Of a stretch of DNA of 64,000 bases, positions 23,128 through 34,522 are shown in pieces; the first letter of the stretch is position 1; every line of letters begins with the position of its first letter. The notes beneath the pieces were generated by a model, which worked only from the letters and a program-made list of their open reading frames with translations, had not been told where the DNA came from and did not search any database. A program made the translations under genes and the position numbers. The stretch is from an uncultured Actinomycetota bacterium (GTDB taxonomy: Bacteria; Actinomycetota; Actinomycetes; CAVWCF01), in the NCBI GenBank assembly GCA_963753435.1, contig CAVWCF010000001.1, positions 832,001 through 896,000 of the forward strand. Direction: 5' to 3'.

Positions 23128-24509
23128 TGCGGGTCGCCTTCGGCCGCGGGCCAGTCGGCATCGGCCGGCAGTTCCGGAGGCGGCAACGACGGGATCGACA
23201 ACTGCATGCGCGCGCCGCCCTCGGGCGAACGCAGCACCTCCAGCGATCCCGAGATCGCCGCGGCATGGGTCCTGGCGATGGCCAGGCCCAACCCCGCACC
23301 GTCAGTGCGTTCACTACCTCGGCCCCGATTGAACGGTTCGAATAGCCGGGCCACGTCATCGGGGTCGATACCGGGGCCGGCGTCGTCGACGTAGATGCGG
23401 GCGCCCCCCGAATGGGCGTCCACGACAACGCGGACGACGCCTTCGCCGTGTTTGCGCGCGTTGTCCAGCAGGTTGGCGATGACGCGGCGCAGGTGCCGTA
23501 CGTCGGTGAAGACGCGGACCTCCGGACCGTCGACGAGGCGATCCGGGATCGCCCGGCTCTGCAACAGGTTCAGCACGGCGTCGCGGATGTCCGCTTCAGC
23601 CACCTGCAGATCAGGAGCGGCAGTCACCTTGCTGACCTCGAGCAGGTCCAGCACCACTTGGTTGAATCGGCGGACGCTGCCACAAAGAACTCCGACAAGT
23701 CGCGCGTCGCGTTCCGGCAGCGAATCGAGACTCGGTTCGATCAGGTCGACGGTCCCCATCATCGCCGTGATCGGGGATCTCAACTCATGGCTCACGTTGG
23801 CGGCGAAGCGCCGTTCGCGCTCGATGCGTTCTTCCACCGCCGCCGACATGTCGTTGAACCCGTCGGTGATCGAGGCCAGGTCCGGGTCGTCGGTATCCGG
23901 CATGCGCACATGCTGTTCACCGCGGGTGATTCGTTCGGCGGTGTCGGACAGGGTGCGCAGCGGCCGCATGATGCGCTGACCCGCCCGGAAGCCGATGAAA
24001 CCCCCGAGCAGCGAGACAGCGCCAGCCGCTCCAGCGGCGGAGAGCGCGACGGTGTTCAAAGTCCCTTCGAGGGAATCCAGCCGAACCAGCTCGACGTAGA
24101 GGGCACCTTCCAGCCGCGACGCGGTGCCCAGGAAGGGCGCCCCCGTGACGCGGAACTTCTGAATGGCAGCGCCGTCGTCCAGGGCGACCTGCAGCAGGCT
24201 GTCCGGGATCTGCTCCGGCGCGACCGAGACGCTGCCGAACCATTCCCCGCCGGTTCGCAGCAGTGGCGACGCGTCACCGACCGGCAGTTCCTGCAGGATC
24301 GCCGCGTAGTCGTCGCGACCACCGGCCAGCGCGCTCGCCACCCGGTTCGCATCCAGCAAGGCTCGGCGGCTGGCGAGTCGCTCCTGCTCGTCGACCAGGA
24401 AGTTGCGAACCAGGACGTAGGTCAAAGTGCCTAGCAACACCGAGACCATCAGGGCCAGCAGCGCGAAGGCGACTGTCACCCGGGAGCGCAGCCCCCAGCT
24501 GGTGTTCAT
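23124..24509 (-). CDS. HAMP sensor histidine kinase
   Basis: Two TMs and motifs SHELRSP, NLLDNA, DAGPGI and GAGLGL. Confidence 0.93.
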   Translation of the reverse strand: MNTSWGLRSRVTVAFALLALMVSVLLGTLTYVLVRNFLVDEQERLASRRALLDANRVASALAGGRDDYAAILQELPVGDASPLLRTGGEWFGSVSVAPEQIPDSLLQVALDDGAAIQKFRVTGAPFLGTASRLEGALYVELVRLDSLEGTLNTVALSAAGAAGAVSLLGGFIGFRAGQRIMRPLRTLSDTAERITRGEQHVRMPDTDDPDLASITDGFNDMSAAVEERIERERRFAANVSHELRSPITAMMGTVDLIEPSLDSLPERDARLVGVLCGSVRRFNQVVLDLLEVSKVTAAPDLQVAEADIRDAVLNLLQSRAIPDRLVDGPEVRVFTDVRHLRRVIANLLDNARKHGEGVVRVVVDAHSGGARIYVDDAGPGIDPDDVARLFEPFNRGRGSERTDGAGLGLAIARTHAAAISGSLEVLRSPEGGARMQLSIPSLPPPELPADADWPAAEGDPQ

Positions 24510-25186
24510 GCCTCGAAGCGGTACCCGAACCCACGCACGGTCTTGATGTGCTTGGGGTCAGCGGCGTCGTCCTCGACCTTGAGCCGAAGCCGATACACCA
24601 AGTTGTCCACGACGCGACCGTCTCCGGCGTAGGCGTACCCCCACACATCGCGAAGCAGCTTGTCCCGCGCAAGGGTTCGGCCCCGATTGGCGACCATTGC
24701 AGCCAACACCTGGAACTCGGTTCGGCTCAGTGGCAGCAACTGGCCGTCCTTGCGGGCCTCAACCCGCTCCGGGTCCACCTCGAACGGACCCGCTGTGATC
24801 CGCGATGAGCCCTCCGAAGCCACGGAACCGCGACGCAACTGCGCCCGAATGCGCGCCAGAAGTTCCTTCATGACGAAGGGCTTGGTCACGTAGTCGTCAG
24901 CGCCGGCTTCCAGCCCGGCCACCACGTCGTGGCTGTCCGCTTGCGCGGTGACGATGACGATCGGCACGCTGGAGAAACTACGTAGTTCGCGGACGACCTC
25001 GAAGCCATGCCGATCCGGCAGGCGCAGGTCGACCAGGGCGAGATCCGGTTCGGCTGCGTGCGCTGCCTCGATCGCCGCGCCGGCCGTTGGGGCCTCCACG
25101 ACCGAGAAGCCCTCTTCCTCAAGGAAGGTGCGGATGACCAGGCGAATGTCCTGGTCGTCCTCAACGAGCAGCACGGACTTCGTCAC
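24506..25186 (-). CDS. OmpR family response regulator
   Basis: Motifs VLLVEDD, DLRLP, GADDYVTKPF and TVRGFGYRF. Start trimmed to GTG 25186. Confidence 0.93.
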   Translation of the reverse strand: MTKSVLLVEDDQDIRLVIRTFLEEEGFSVVEAPTAGAAIEAAHAAEPDLALVDLRLPDRHGFEVVRELRSFSSVPIVIVTAQADSHDVVAGLEAGADDYVTKPFVMKELLARIRAQLRRGSVASEGSSRITAGPFEVDPERVEARKDGQLLPLSRTEFQVLAAMVANRGRTLARDKLLRDVWGYAYAGDGRVVDNLVYRLRLKVEDDAADPKHIKTVRGFGYRFEA

Positions 25187-25320
25187 GGGCCCAGTTAACA
25201 CGAGGGGCCGTCCCGTGGGGGCACCGACCTCGGGCGAGTCTGGGACGCGTCTGGGACAGGTCTTCCACCGTTTGGCGGCAATAGGTGCCCGACACTTCCC
25301 AGAGTTGAAGGGAGGGCGCC

Positions 25321-26175
25321 ATGATCGAATCGGCGTCACCGGTCGCCGGTGAGTGGACTGCGCTGCAGCACTTGAAGGGCGACACGACCGTGGCGGTCGC
25401 CATCCCGGCGCGCAACGAAGAGGCGACCGTGGGCGGCATCGTGGCTGCGATCGGACGGCACCTCGTGGAGGTGGGCCTCGTTGATGAGGTCGTGGTCCTG
25501 GATCACGCCTCAACCGACAGGACCGGCCAGGTCGCCCGCGACGCCGGCGCCTTGGTCGTGGACGCCGACGCGGTACTGCCGGAGTTCGGGCCGGCCGTGG
25601 GCAAGGGCGACGTGCTGTGGCGGGCGCTGGCCGCCACTGAGGCGGACCTGATCATGTACTGCGATGCGGACCTGAAGGTGTTCGACCCGTACCGGTTCAT
25701 CAGGCTTACCGGGCCCCTGCTGGCCGACGACTCGGTGCACCTGGTCAAGAGCACCGGCGACCGCATCCTGCACGGACGCCACGGTGAGGGCGGCCGCACG
25801 ACCATGCTGGCGGCTCGGCCGATCCTCAACTTGTTGCACCCCGACGCCGCACACCTCACCCAGCCGTTGGGCGGGGAGTACGCCGGGCGCAGGTCGGCGC
25901 TGATGAGCGTTCCCTACGAAGTGGATTACGGCGTGGAGATCGGCCTCATCATCGACATCGCGCGCCGTTACGGGGCGCGCGCGGTGACTGAAGTGGAGAC
26001 CGGCCCGCGAGCGCACGGCTCACAGCCGTTGGCCGCGCTGTCCCGGCAGGCCGAGCAGGTACTGCGGACTGCGCTCCTGCGCGCCGGGATGGAGGTGGCC
26101 GGTCCGATCCCGCAGCCACGCCCACCGATGAGCCAAGCGCTTGCCGATCCGGTCAGCGTGGCCAGCAGCAGCTGA
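25321..26175 (+). CDS. gpgS: glucosyl-3-phosphoglycerate synthase
   Basis: Motifs IPARNEEATV, GKGDVLW, DAD, GGR, QPLGGEYA and YGVEIG. Confidence 0.85.
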   Translation: MIESASPVAGEWTALQHLKGDTTVAVAIPARNEEATVGGIVAAIGRHLVEVGLVDEVVVLDHASTDRTGQVARDAGALVVDADAVLPEFGPAVGKGDVLWRALAATEADLIMYCDADLKVFDPYRFIRLTGPLLADDSVHLVKSTGDRILHGRHGEGGRTTMLAARPILNLLHPDAAHLTQPLGGEYAGRRSALMSVPYEVDYGVEIGLIIDIARRYGARAVTEVETGPRAHGSQPLAALSRQAEQVLRTALLRAGMEVAGPIPQPRPPMSQALADPVSVASSS

Positions 26176-26238
26176 CTCGGTCGCTGCCCGCGGCCCGGCC
26201 CGCGATGATGTGCCCTGACTGATGCGATCGGGAGGGGT

Positions 26239-28191
<1,953 letters not shown>

Positions 28192-28204
28192 ATGTGTGTA
28201 CCGG

Positions 28205-28220
28205 ATACCCCCTGGGGTAT
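28205..28220. promoter_or_regulatory. CsoR/CstR-family operator
   Basis: ATACCCCCTGGGGTAT has a C-tract/G-tract flanked by ATAC/GTAT, just upstream of the sulfur-handling operon. Confidence 0.8.
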
Positions 28221-28249
28221 AGTCGGCCCGTCCAAGAGGAGGGCAGCAG

Positions 28250-29698
28250 ATGAGCGCACAACCGCAGCAAGACCTTGAGGTCGTCACGATCGACACCCCC
28301 AATCTGGGTGACCGGTCCTACGTCGTCGCCAACGGTTCGCACGCCGTAGCCGTGGATCCGCAACGGGACATTGATCGGGTCTTGGAGATTCTCGCCGCGC
28401 GCGGGTGGACGCTGACACACGTGATCGAAACGCACATTCACAACGACTACGTCTCCGGCGGCCTGCAGTTGGCAAGCCAGACGGGCGCCCGGTACGTAAT
28501 CCCCGCCGGCTCCAACGTTGACTTCGAGTGCGACGCCCTCGGCGACGATGAGACGTTCACGTCCGGCTCGGCGACTTGGCGGGCCCTGCACACACCCGGG
28601 CACACGCCCCACCACATGTCGTATTCGGTCGAGGTCGAAGGCACTACCGCTGCGGTGTTCACCGGTGGCTCGATGCTGTTCGGGTCGGTCGGTCGCCCCG
28701 ACCTCCTGGGAGCGGCGCTCACCGACGAGTTGGCGCAGGCCCAGTGGCATTCAGTTCGGCGTCTCGCCGAGCTGCCCACGGGCACCAGCGTCATGCCCAC
28801 CCACGGTTTTGGTTCATTCTGCAGCGCCACCGAGACGACTGGCACCGAATCAACCATCGGCCAGCAGCGGATGAGCAATCCTGCGTGCGTGCTGGAACTC
28901 GATGAGTTCGTCGCCGAACTGCTGGCCGGCCTGGACGCGTTCCCGGCGTACTACGCGCACATGGGACCAGCCAACTCCGCGGGGGCCGGACCCATCGACC
29001 TCTCACTTCCGGAGAAGGCCGATGCCAACGAGTTGCGGGCACGCCTGGACCGTGGCGAGTGGGTCGTGGACCTGCGCAGCCGCCAGGTCTTCGCCGAAGG
29101 CCACCTGGCCGGCACCCTCAACTTCGCCGCCGATGGCAACGCCGTCACCTACCTGGGCTGGCTGATCCCTTGGGGGACCCCGCTCACTCTGCTCGGCGAT
29201 ACCCCCGAGCAGGTGCAAGACATGCAGCGGGAGTTGGTGCGCATCGGCATCGACCGGCCCGCGGCCTACGCAGTCGGCTCACCGGAGCAGTGGGCACAGT
29301 CACCCGACGACCTTTCCGGCCACGAGCGAATCGACTTCACCGACCTGGCCAAGGCGATGGCTGCGGATCCCGATCTGCTGGTCCTGGACGCCCGGCGACG
29401 GTTGGAGTGGCAGGACGGACACGCCGCCGGCGCGGTGCACGTACCCCTGCACGAACTGCTGACCAGGAGTGACGAGATCGCCGACCTGGTCGCCGCCGCG
29501 GTCAGCGCCGGGCGCGACCCGCGAGTCCACGTCTACTGCGGCAGCGGTTTTCGGGCGGCGATCGCGGCAAGCCTGCTGGCCCGAGCCGGCGTCGCGGCCG
29601 TCCACGTCGACGACGACGTGGCAACAGCGGCGGACAAGGGTGTTCCGTGGACGGCCGATCACACCGCGGCCCGATTCGGTCAGGCGGTGACCGCCTGA
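28250..29698 (+). CDS. MBL-fold persulfide dioxygenase-like protein fused to two rhodanese domains (CstB-like)
   Basis: Motifs ETHIHNDY, TPGHTPHH, GRPDL and PTHGFGSFC, with a C-terminal rhodanese YCGSGFRA. Confidence 0.85.
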   Translation: MSAQPQQDLEVVTIDTPNLGDRSYVVANGSHAVAVDPQRDIDRVLEILAARGWTLTHVIETHIHNDYVSGGLQLASQTGARYVIPAGSNVDFECDALGDDETFTSGSATWRALHTPGHTPHHMSYSVEVEGTTAAVFTGGSMLFGSVGRPDLLGAALTDELAQAQWHSVRRLAELPTGTSVMPTHGFGSFCSATETTGTESTIGQQRMSNPACVLELDEFVAELLAGLDAFPAYYAHMGPANSAGAGPIDLSLPEKADANELRARLDRGEWVVDLRSRQVFAEGHLAGTLNFAADGNAVTYLGWLIPWGTPLTLLGDTPEQVQDMQRELVRIGIDRPAAYAVGSPEQWAQSPDDLSGHERIDFTDLAKAMAADPDLLVLDARRRLEWQDGHAAGAVHVPLHELLTRSDEIADLVAAAVSAGRDPRVHVYCGSGFRAAIAASLLARAGVAAVHVDDDVATAADKGVPWTADHTAARFGQAVTA

Positions 29699-30045
29699 TG
29701 GGCTGGTTCAGCAGGGTGCCCGCGGTCAACGCAGCCGAGGCGCGTGCGCTTGTCGACGCCGGCGCAGTGCTCTTGGACGTGCGCGAGAAGGCGGAGTGGG
29801 ACGCTGGCCACGCACCTGCCGCAGTGCACGTTCCGCTGGGGCGGCTGGCCCAGGCCGGACCACGCGTGTCCGGCGCGGACAAGGTTGTGGTCGTGTGCCG
29901 GTCTGGGAATCGCTCGGCACATGCGACCAAGGCGCTGCGAGAGACCGGAGTCGATGCGGTGAACCTCAGCGGCGGGATGAACGCGTGGGCCGCCATGGGC
30001 GGCCCGGTGCGGACCAAGTCCGGCCGCCCCGGCACCGTCGTCTGA
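29698..30045 (+). CDS. rhodanese-like domain protein
   Basis: Motifs LLDVRE..EW.AGH, CRSGNRS and GGMNAW. ATG overlaps the previous stop. Confidence 0.9.
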   Translation: MGWFSRVPAVNAAEARALVDAGAVLLDVREKAEWDAGHAPAAVHVPLGRLAQAGPRVSGADKVVVVCRSGNRSAHATKALRETGVDAVNLSGGMNAWAAMGGPVRTKSGRPGTVV

Positions 30046-30055
30046 CGCCGGGGTC

Positions 30056-30805
30056 GTGCCGGCAGCCGTGGAGTTCGTTCTTGCGGGACTGATCCTCGGC
30101 TTGATCGTCGGCCTGCTGGGTGGTGGCGGCGGCATCCTGGCCGTGCCGCTGCTCGTCTACGTCGTTGGCGTCGCTCCCGACGAGGCGATCACGCTTTCCC
30201 TGGTCATCATCACCGTCGCGGCCGCCACCGGCCTGCTGACCCACGCTCGCGCCAACAACGTGCAGTGGCGCACGGGCATCACGTTCGGCTTACTCGGACT
30301 GGTCGGCGCCTGGGTCGGCTCGCTGGCCTCGGTGCGCGTGCCGGACGAGGTGCTGCTGGGGACCCTCGTGGTGCTCTTGCTGCTGGCGGCCGGGTCGATG
30401 CTGCGGCCACCCCCGCAGCGCGTGGCCAAGCGGCGCTCCCCCGTCGTAATCGTCCTGCTGGCAACGTTGATCGGGTTCCTGGTCGGGTTCGTCGGTGTCG
30501 GTGGGGGGTTCTTGACCATCCCGATTCTGGTCGCGGCACTGGGCATGCCCGTCCACCGAGCCATCGGCACCGGACTGGTCGTCATGGCGGTCAACAGCGT
30601 CCTGGCATTGACCATCAGATTGCTAACCGATGCCGGATCGCCCGACCTGGCGATGGCCGTACCCCTGGGGGCGGCCGCCGGGGTGGGTGCCGTGGCGGGG
30701 GCGCTGTTGTCACGACGGCTGCCCGGACGCACGCTGCAGGTTGGCTTCGGCCTGCTTGCTGCAGCAGTAGCCATCGGGACGGCCGCCGAAGTAGCGCTGC
30801 GATGA
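30056..30805 (+). CDS. sulfite exporter TauE/SafE family protein
   Basis: Repeats GLLGGGGGILAVP and GFVGVGGGFLTIP in a highly hydrophobic protein. Confidence 0.9.
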   Translation: MPAAVEFVLAGLILGLIVGLLGGGGGILAVPLLVYVVGVAPDEAITLSLVIITVAAATGLLTHARANNVQWRTGITFGLLGLVGAWVGSLASVRVPDEVLLGTLVVLLLLAAGSMLRPPPQRVAKRRSPVVIVLLATLIGFLVGFVGVGGGFLTIPILVAALGMPVHRAIGTGLVVMAVNSVLALTIRLLTDAGSPDLAMAVPLGAAAGVGAVAGALLSRRLPGRTLQVGFGLLAAAVAIGTAAEVALR

Positions 30806-30904
30806 TGATCCCGACTCGGGGCAGGGACCGAAGACCCTGACGTCGACAGCGAGTGCGTTCCTACGGTCCGAACACCGGGGCAAATCTCAACCCATGGAGG
30901 GGCA

Positions 30905-31711
30905 ATGGCCGGCGTGGCGCTGATCACCGGAGCAGGCAAGGGCATCGGCCGGGCGCTAGCGCTGCGGCTGGGCGGCAAAGGAATGGCCGTGGCTCTGGTC
31001 GCTCGCACCGAGTCCGATGTCGAATCCGCTGCTGCGGAGATCCGCAGTGCCGGGGGAACCGCGCTGGCCTTGGCTGGCGACGTGGCCGATCGCGCCTTCG
31101 TGGAGGGCGCCGTGGCCCGGACCGTCGCCGAGCTCGGCCCGATCGACCTCCTGGTCAACAACGCGGCCCGGTCCGCCAGTTGGACTGGGGAGAAGCTCTG
31201 GGAGGTCGACCCGGACGAGTGGTGGTCAAAGGTCGAGACCAACCTGCGCGGCCCGTTGCTGTTCAGCCACGCAGTCCTACCGGACATGGTCGCACGCGGA
31301 TCCGGACGAATCGTGATGATGAACTCCGAGGCCGGCGGGATCTCCCTGCCGATGACCGATGGCGCATACCCGGTCAGCAAGGGTGCGCTCTTCCGTCTGA
31401 CTGACCACCTGGCCGCGCAATTGGCCGGTAGCGGCGTGGTCGTGCTCGACGTTTCGCCCGGGCTCGTCAAGACCCAGCCGGATGCCCCCGCCAGCATTCC
31501 CGACTCCGCGTACACGCCGGTCGAGGTGGTCTGCGACCTGGTCGAACGAGTAAACGCCGGCGACTTCGACGCGCTGTCCGGACGGTTCATCCACGCCACC
31601 GACGACTGGGATCTCGTCATCGCCAACACCGATGTCATCGTTGAGCGCGACGGGCGGACGCTGCGAATGCGCGCCGGATTCGATTCCGACCCCCGGGCTC
31701 CCAAAGGCTGA
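30905..31711 (+). CDS. SDR family oxidoreductase
   Basis: Motifs TGAGKGIG, LVNNA and YPVSK. Confidence 0.9.
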   Translation: MAGVALITGAGKGIGRALALRLGGKGMAVALVARTESDVESAAAEIRSAGGTALALAGDVADRAFVEGAVARTVAELGPIDLLVNNAARSASWTGEKLWEVDPDEWWSKVETNLRGPLLFSHAVLPDMVARGSGRIVMMNSEAGGISLPMTDGAYPVSKGALFRLTDHLAAQLAGSGVVVLDVSPGLVKTQPDAPASIPDSAYTPVEVVCDLVERVNAGDFDALSGRFIHATDDWDLVIANTDVIVERDGRTLRMRAGFDSDPRAPKG

Positions 31712-31729
31712 TCCGCCCAGCGACAGTCC

Positions 31730-32641
31730 TCAGGCTGCGCTCGGTACCACCGGCTCCGGGGCGGCCGCTTGCAGTTGGTGGGCCATCGCGTCGTCGACTT
31801 CATCGAAGAACGCACCGACCACGTCCACGACTTGGTCGAAGGAGTCCGCGCAGAACAACACCGGTTGATAGTGCGTGATGTCGTAGGTCTGCGTGCCCAT
31901 CCTGGCGATGTCCAGAGGCAGCAGGATCGCGCGTTCGATCTGCTGGATCTCACCGAAGCTGGACAGCAACCCCGCTCCATACGTCCGCACCCGACCCTGC
32001 TCGCGCAGCACGCCGAATTCCAGTGAGAACCAGAACACCTTGGACACGAACTCCAAGGCCGCCTCGGTCTCAACCCGGTTGACCGCCGCACCAGCCGCCC
32101 GGTACAGCGCCGCCAGGCCTTCATGCGCAAGGCAATTGGCGTGCCCGACTACTTCGTGCACAACGTCCGGTTCGGGCGTATACAGCGGCACCGAGTGATG
32201 GCGCATGTACTGCGTTGAGTAGAAGTGACCCCTAGCCAGGCTGCCGTAGAACTCGCGCAACGGGACCAGGCCCGCGGCGGGCAGGTACTCAAACCCACTG
32301 GTGGGCGCGAGCAGGTCGGTCACTTCGGCCAACTGCGGGATGCGGTCCTCGGGTAACCCCAAGCGCTCCTTGCCCGCCAAGTACTCCGAGCACGCCAGTT
32401 CCTCATGCAGGCGATGCAGTTCGGCCGACACCAGCGCCCACACCTCGTGCTCGGCCGGCAAGTACTCAACAGTTGGCACCGGCTGGCCAGGCCGCCAGTC
32501 CAGGGCGAGACCGGCGATCTCGTTACGTCGGCGGCGATAGTCGGGGTCGGTGGCGCCGGGATGGTCCGCGCCCAGGTGGACTGTGACCGCGCCGTCATCC
32601 GTGCGGGTCACCGGCGCGTACAACTGGGCTTCCTCGAACAC
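31730..32641 (-). CDS. phhA: phenylalanine 4-monooxygenase
   Basis: Motifs TQYMRH, YTPEPDVVHEVVGH, FWFSLEFG, YGAGLLSS.GE and YQPVLF. Confidence 0.93.
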   Translation of the reverse strand: MFEEAQLYAPVTRTDDGAVTVHLGADHPGATDPDYRRRRNEIAGLALDWRPGQPVPTVEYLPAEHEVWALVSAELHRLHEELACSEYLAGKERLGLPEDRIPQLAEVTDLLAPTSGFEYLPAAGLVPLREFYGSLARGHFYSTQYMRHHSVPLYTPEPDVVHEVVGHANCLAHEGLAALYRAAGAAVNRVETEAALEFVSKVFWFSLEFGVLREQGRVRTYGAGLLSSFGEIQQIERAILLPLDIARMGTQTYDITHYQPVLFCADSFDQVVDVVGAFFDEVDDAMAHQLQAAAPEPVVPSAA

Positions 32642-32670
32642 GGTCCCTAGGGCAGCACGCGCCACCTGAG

Positions 32671-32750
32671 TATGCAACCTGCCCGGTCAACGGTGGTCTT
32701 GCTGTCCAGAACGCCCAGCGTCAGCGCAGATTCCTTGCTCATCATGTACA
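32671..32750. promoter_or_regulatory. three periodic TG-N2-CA-N3-TG-N2-CA sites upstream of phhA (Lrp/AsnC-type array)
   Basis: TATGCAACCTGCCCG (32671), TGTCCAGAACGCCCA (32703) and TGCTCATCATGTACA (32736), with a 32-33 bp period. Confidence 0.5.
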
Positions 32751-32813
32751 CCCAATCCAAACGGTCGGAGCGGCGGTGTCGTCTGGGGCGGTCGGAGTTG
32801 GCAGGATCGTGGG

Positions 32814-33704
32814 GTGCCGACGGCCCTGTTCGTGGACAACCTGTCCAAGCGTTTCGGTGCCGTCCTGGCGGTGGACGCGGTGACCTTCACCGTCCAGCCG
32901 GGCCGGGTAACCGGCTTCCTCGGGCCGAATGGGGCCGGCAAGACAACAACCCTGCGCTGCCTGCTGGGCTTGGTCACCCCGACCACGGGCAGCACGCGCA
33001 TCGGCGAGCTGGCCTACCGGCAACTGGCCAAACCGCTGCAGACCGTGGGGGCTGCGCTTGAGGCCAGCGGCTTTCATCCCGGACGGACCGGGCGCAATCA
33101 CCTGCGCGTGCAGGCTGCGGCCGCCGGACTGCCCGACACCAGAGCCGACGAGTGCCTGGAACTGGTTGGGCTGGGAGACGCAGCGGGTCGGCGCGTGGAT
33201 GGCTACTCCCTGGGCATGCGCCAGCGGCTGGCGCTGGCCGCGGCATTGCTCGGCGATCCGGACGTGCTGATCCTGGACGAGCCGGGCAACGGCCTGGACC
33301 CGGCGGGCATGGCCTGGCTGCGCGGCCTGTTGCGCTGGCAGGCCGAGCAAGGCCGAACGGTGCTGCTGAGCAGTCACGTCCTCGCCGAGGTGGAGCAGAC
33401 CGTCGACGACATCGTGATCCTCAATCGCGGCCGGCTGGTTCACACCGGTGCGCTGCAAGATCTGACGCTCACTCCCAGCGTCGTCGTGCGTACCCCGCAA
33501 GCGGTGATCTTGAGTGAAACGCTGCGAGCCGGTGGCGCGGCGGTGGCAGAGCAGCCGGATGGGTCACTGCGCGTGGACGGCGTCGATTCCGCCGCTGTCG
33601 GCGCTGCCGCCTTGGTGTCCGGCGTGGAGTTGCACGAGTTGCGCACCGAACGCCGCGAGTTGGAGGACGTCTTCTTCTCCCTGACCGGAGATGCCGAGAA
33701 ATGA
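32814..33704 (+). CDS. ABC-2 type transporter ATP-binding protein
   Basis: Motifs GPNGAGKTT, YSLGMRQRL and ILDEP.NGLDP. Confidence 0.92.
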   Translation: MPTALFVDNLSKRFGAVLAVDAVTFTVQPGRVTGFLGPNGAGKTTTLRCLLGLVTPTTGSTRIGELAYRQLAKPLQTVGAALEASGFHPGRTGRNHLRVQAAAAGLPDTRADECLELVGLGDAAGRRVDGYSLGMRQRLALAAALLGDPDVLILDEPGNGLDPAGMAWLRGLLRWQAEQGRTVLLSSHVLAEVEQTVDDIVILNRGRLVHTGALQDLTLTPSVVVRTPQAVILSETLRAGGAAVAEQPDGSLRVDGVDSAAVGAAALVSGVELHELRTERRELEDVFFSLTGDAEK

Positions 33705-34444
33705 CCATCCGGGCGGAGTTGCGCAAAGCGTTCACAACAAGAGTGGTGTGGGCGCTGCTGGTGGTGCTGGCCGCATTCGTGGCACTGAACGTCGTCGCTG
33801 GAGTGCTGGCCTCCGGACTTGAGGGCGCACCGAGCCTGCAAGAGGAATCCACGGTCCGGTCCATCTGGGCCAGCGCCGGGGCCGGCGGAGTCCTGGTTCT
33901 AGTCCTCGGGATCTTGGCCATGACTACCGAGTACCGGCACCAGACGATCACCGCGACTTTCCTGGCCACGCCCCGTCGGGGCCTGGTGGTGGCGACCAAG
34001 ATGGTCGCCTACGGCCTCATCGGCCTGCTATTCGCAGCCGTCGCCGCCGTGCTGACCTTGGCTCTGGCGCCGGTGCTCCTGAGCCTGCGCGACGCCGCCA
34101 CCGTGGACCCCGACACGATCGCCCGGATCGTCGTCGGTGGGGCGCTGGCAACCGCGCTGTATGGGGTCCTGGGCGTGGCCGTGGGGGCGTTGATCCGCAA
34201 TCAGATCGCCGCCGTGGTTGCCGCATTGGTCTGGGTACTGCTGGCCGAGGCGCTGCTTGTGGCGCTGTTGCCGGCCGTAGGTAAGTGGCTGCCTGGCGGC
34301 GCCGCCAATGCGCTTGTCCAGGTGACGTCGGCAGACGGGTCGTCGTTGCTGCCGGCCTGGGGAGGCGCGCTCCTGATGACCGGGTACGCGCTGGCTTTCG
34401 GGGTCCTGGCGGCACGGGTCACCGTGCGCCGCGACGTGACCTGA
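33701..34444 (+). CDS. ABC-2 type transporter permease
   Basis: Motifs EYRHQTIT.TFLATPRR and a C-terminal RRDVT, about six TMs. Confidence 0.9.
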   Translation: MTIRAELRKAFTTRVVWALLVVLAAFVALNVVAGVLASGLEGAPSLQEESTVRSIWASAGAGGVLVLVLGILAMTTEYRHQTITATFLATPRRGLVVATKMVAYGLIGLLFAAVAAVLTLALAPVLLSLRDAATVDPDTIARIVVGGALATALYGVLGVAVGALIRNQIAAVVAALVWVLLAEALLVALLPAVGKWLPGGAANALVQVTSADGSSLLPAWGGALLMTGYALAFGVLAARVTVRRDVT

Positions 34445-34522
34445 TCCGCAGCGAGGTGCCGAGCCGGCGCCGGATAGGATTAATCGCCAATCCCCCGCGA
34501 CTTGAAGCATGGCGGTAGCCGC

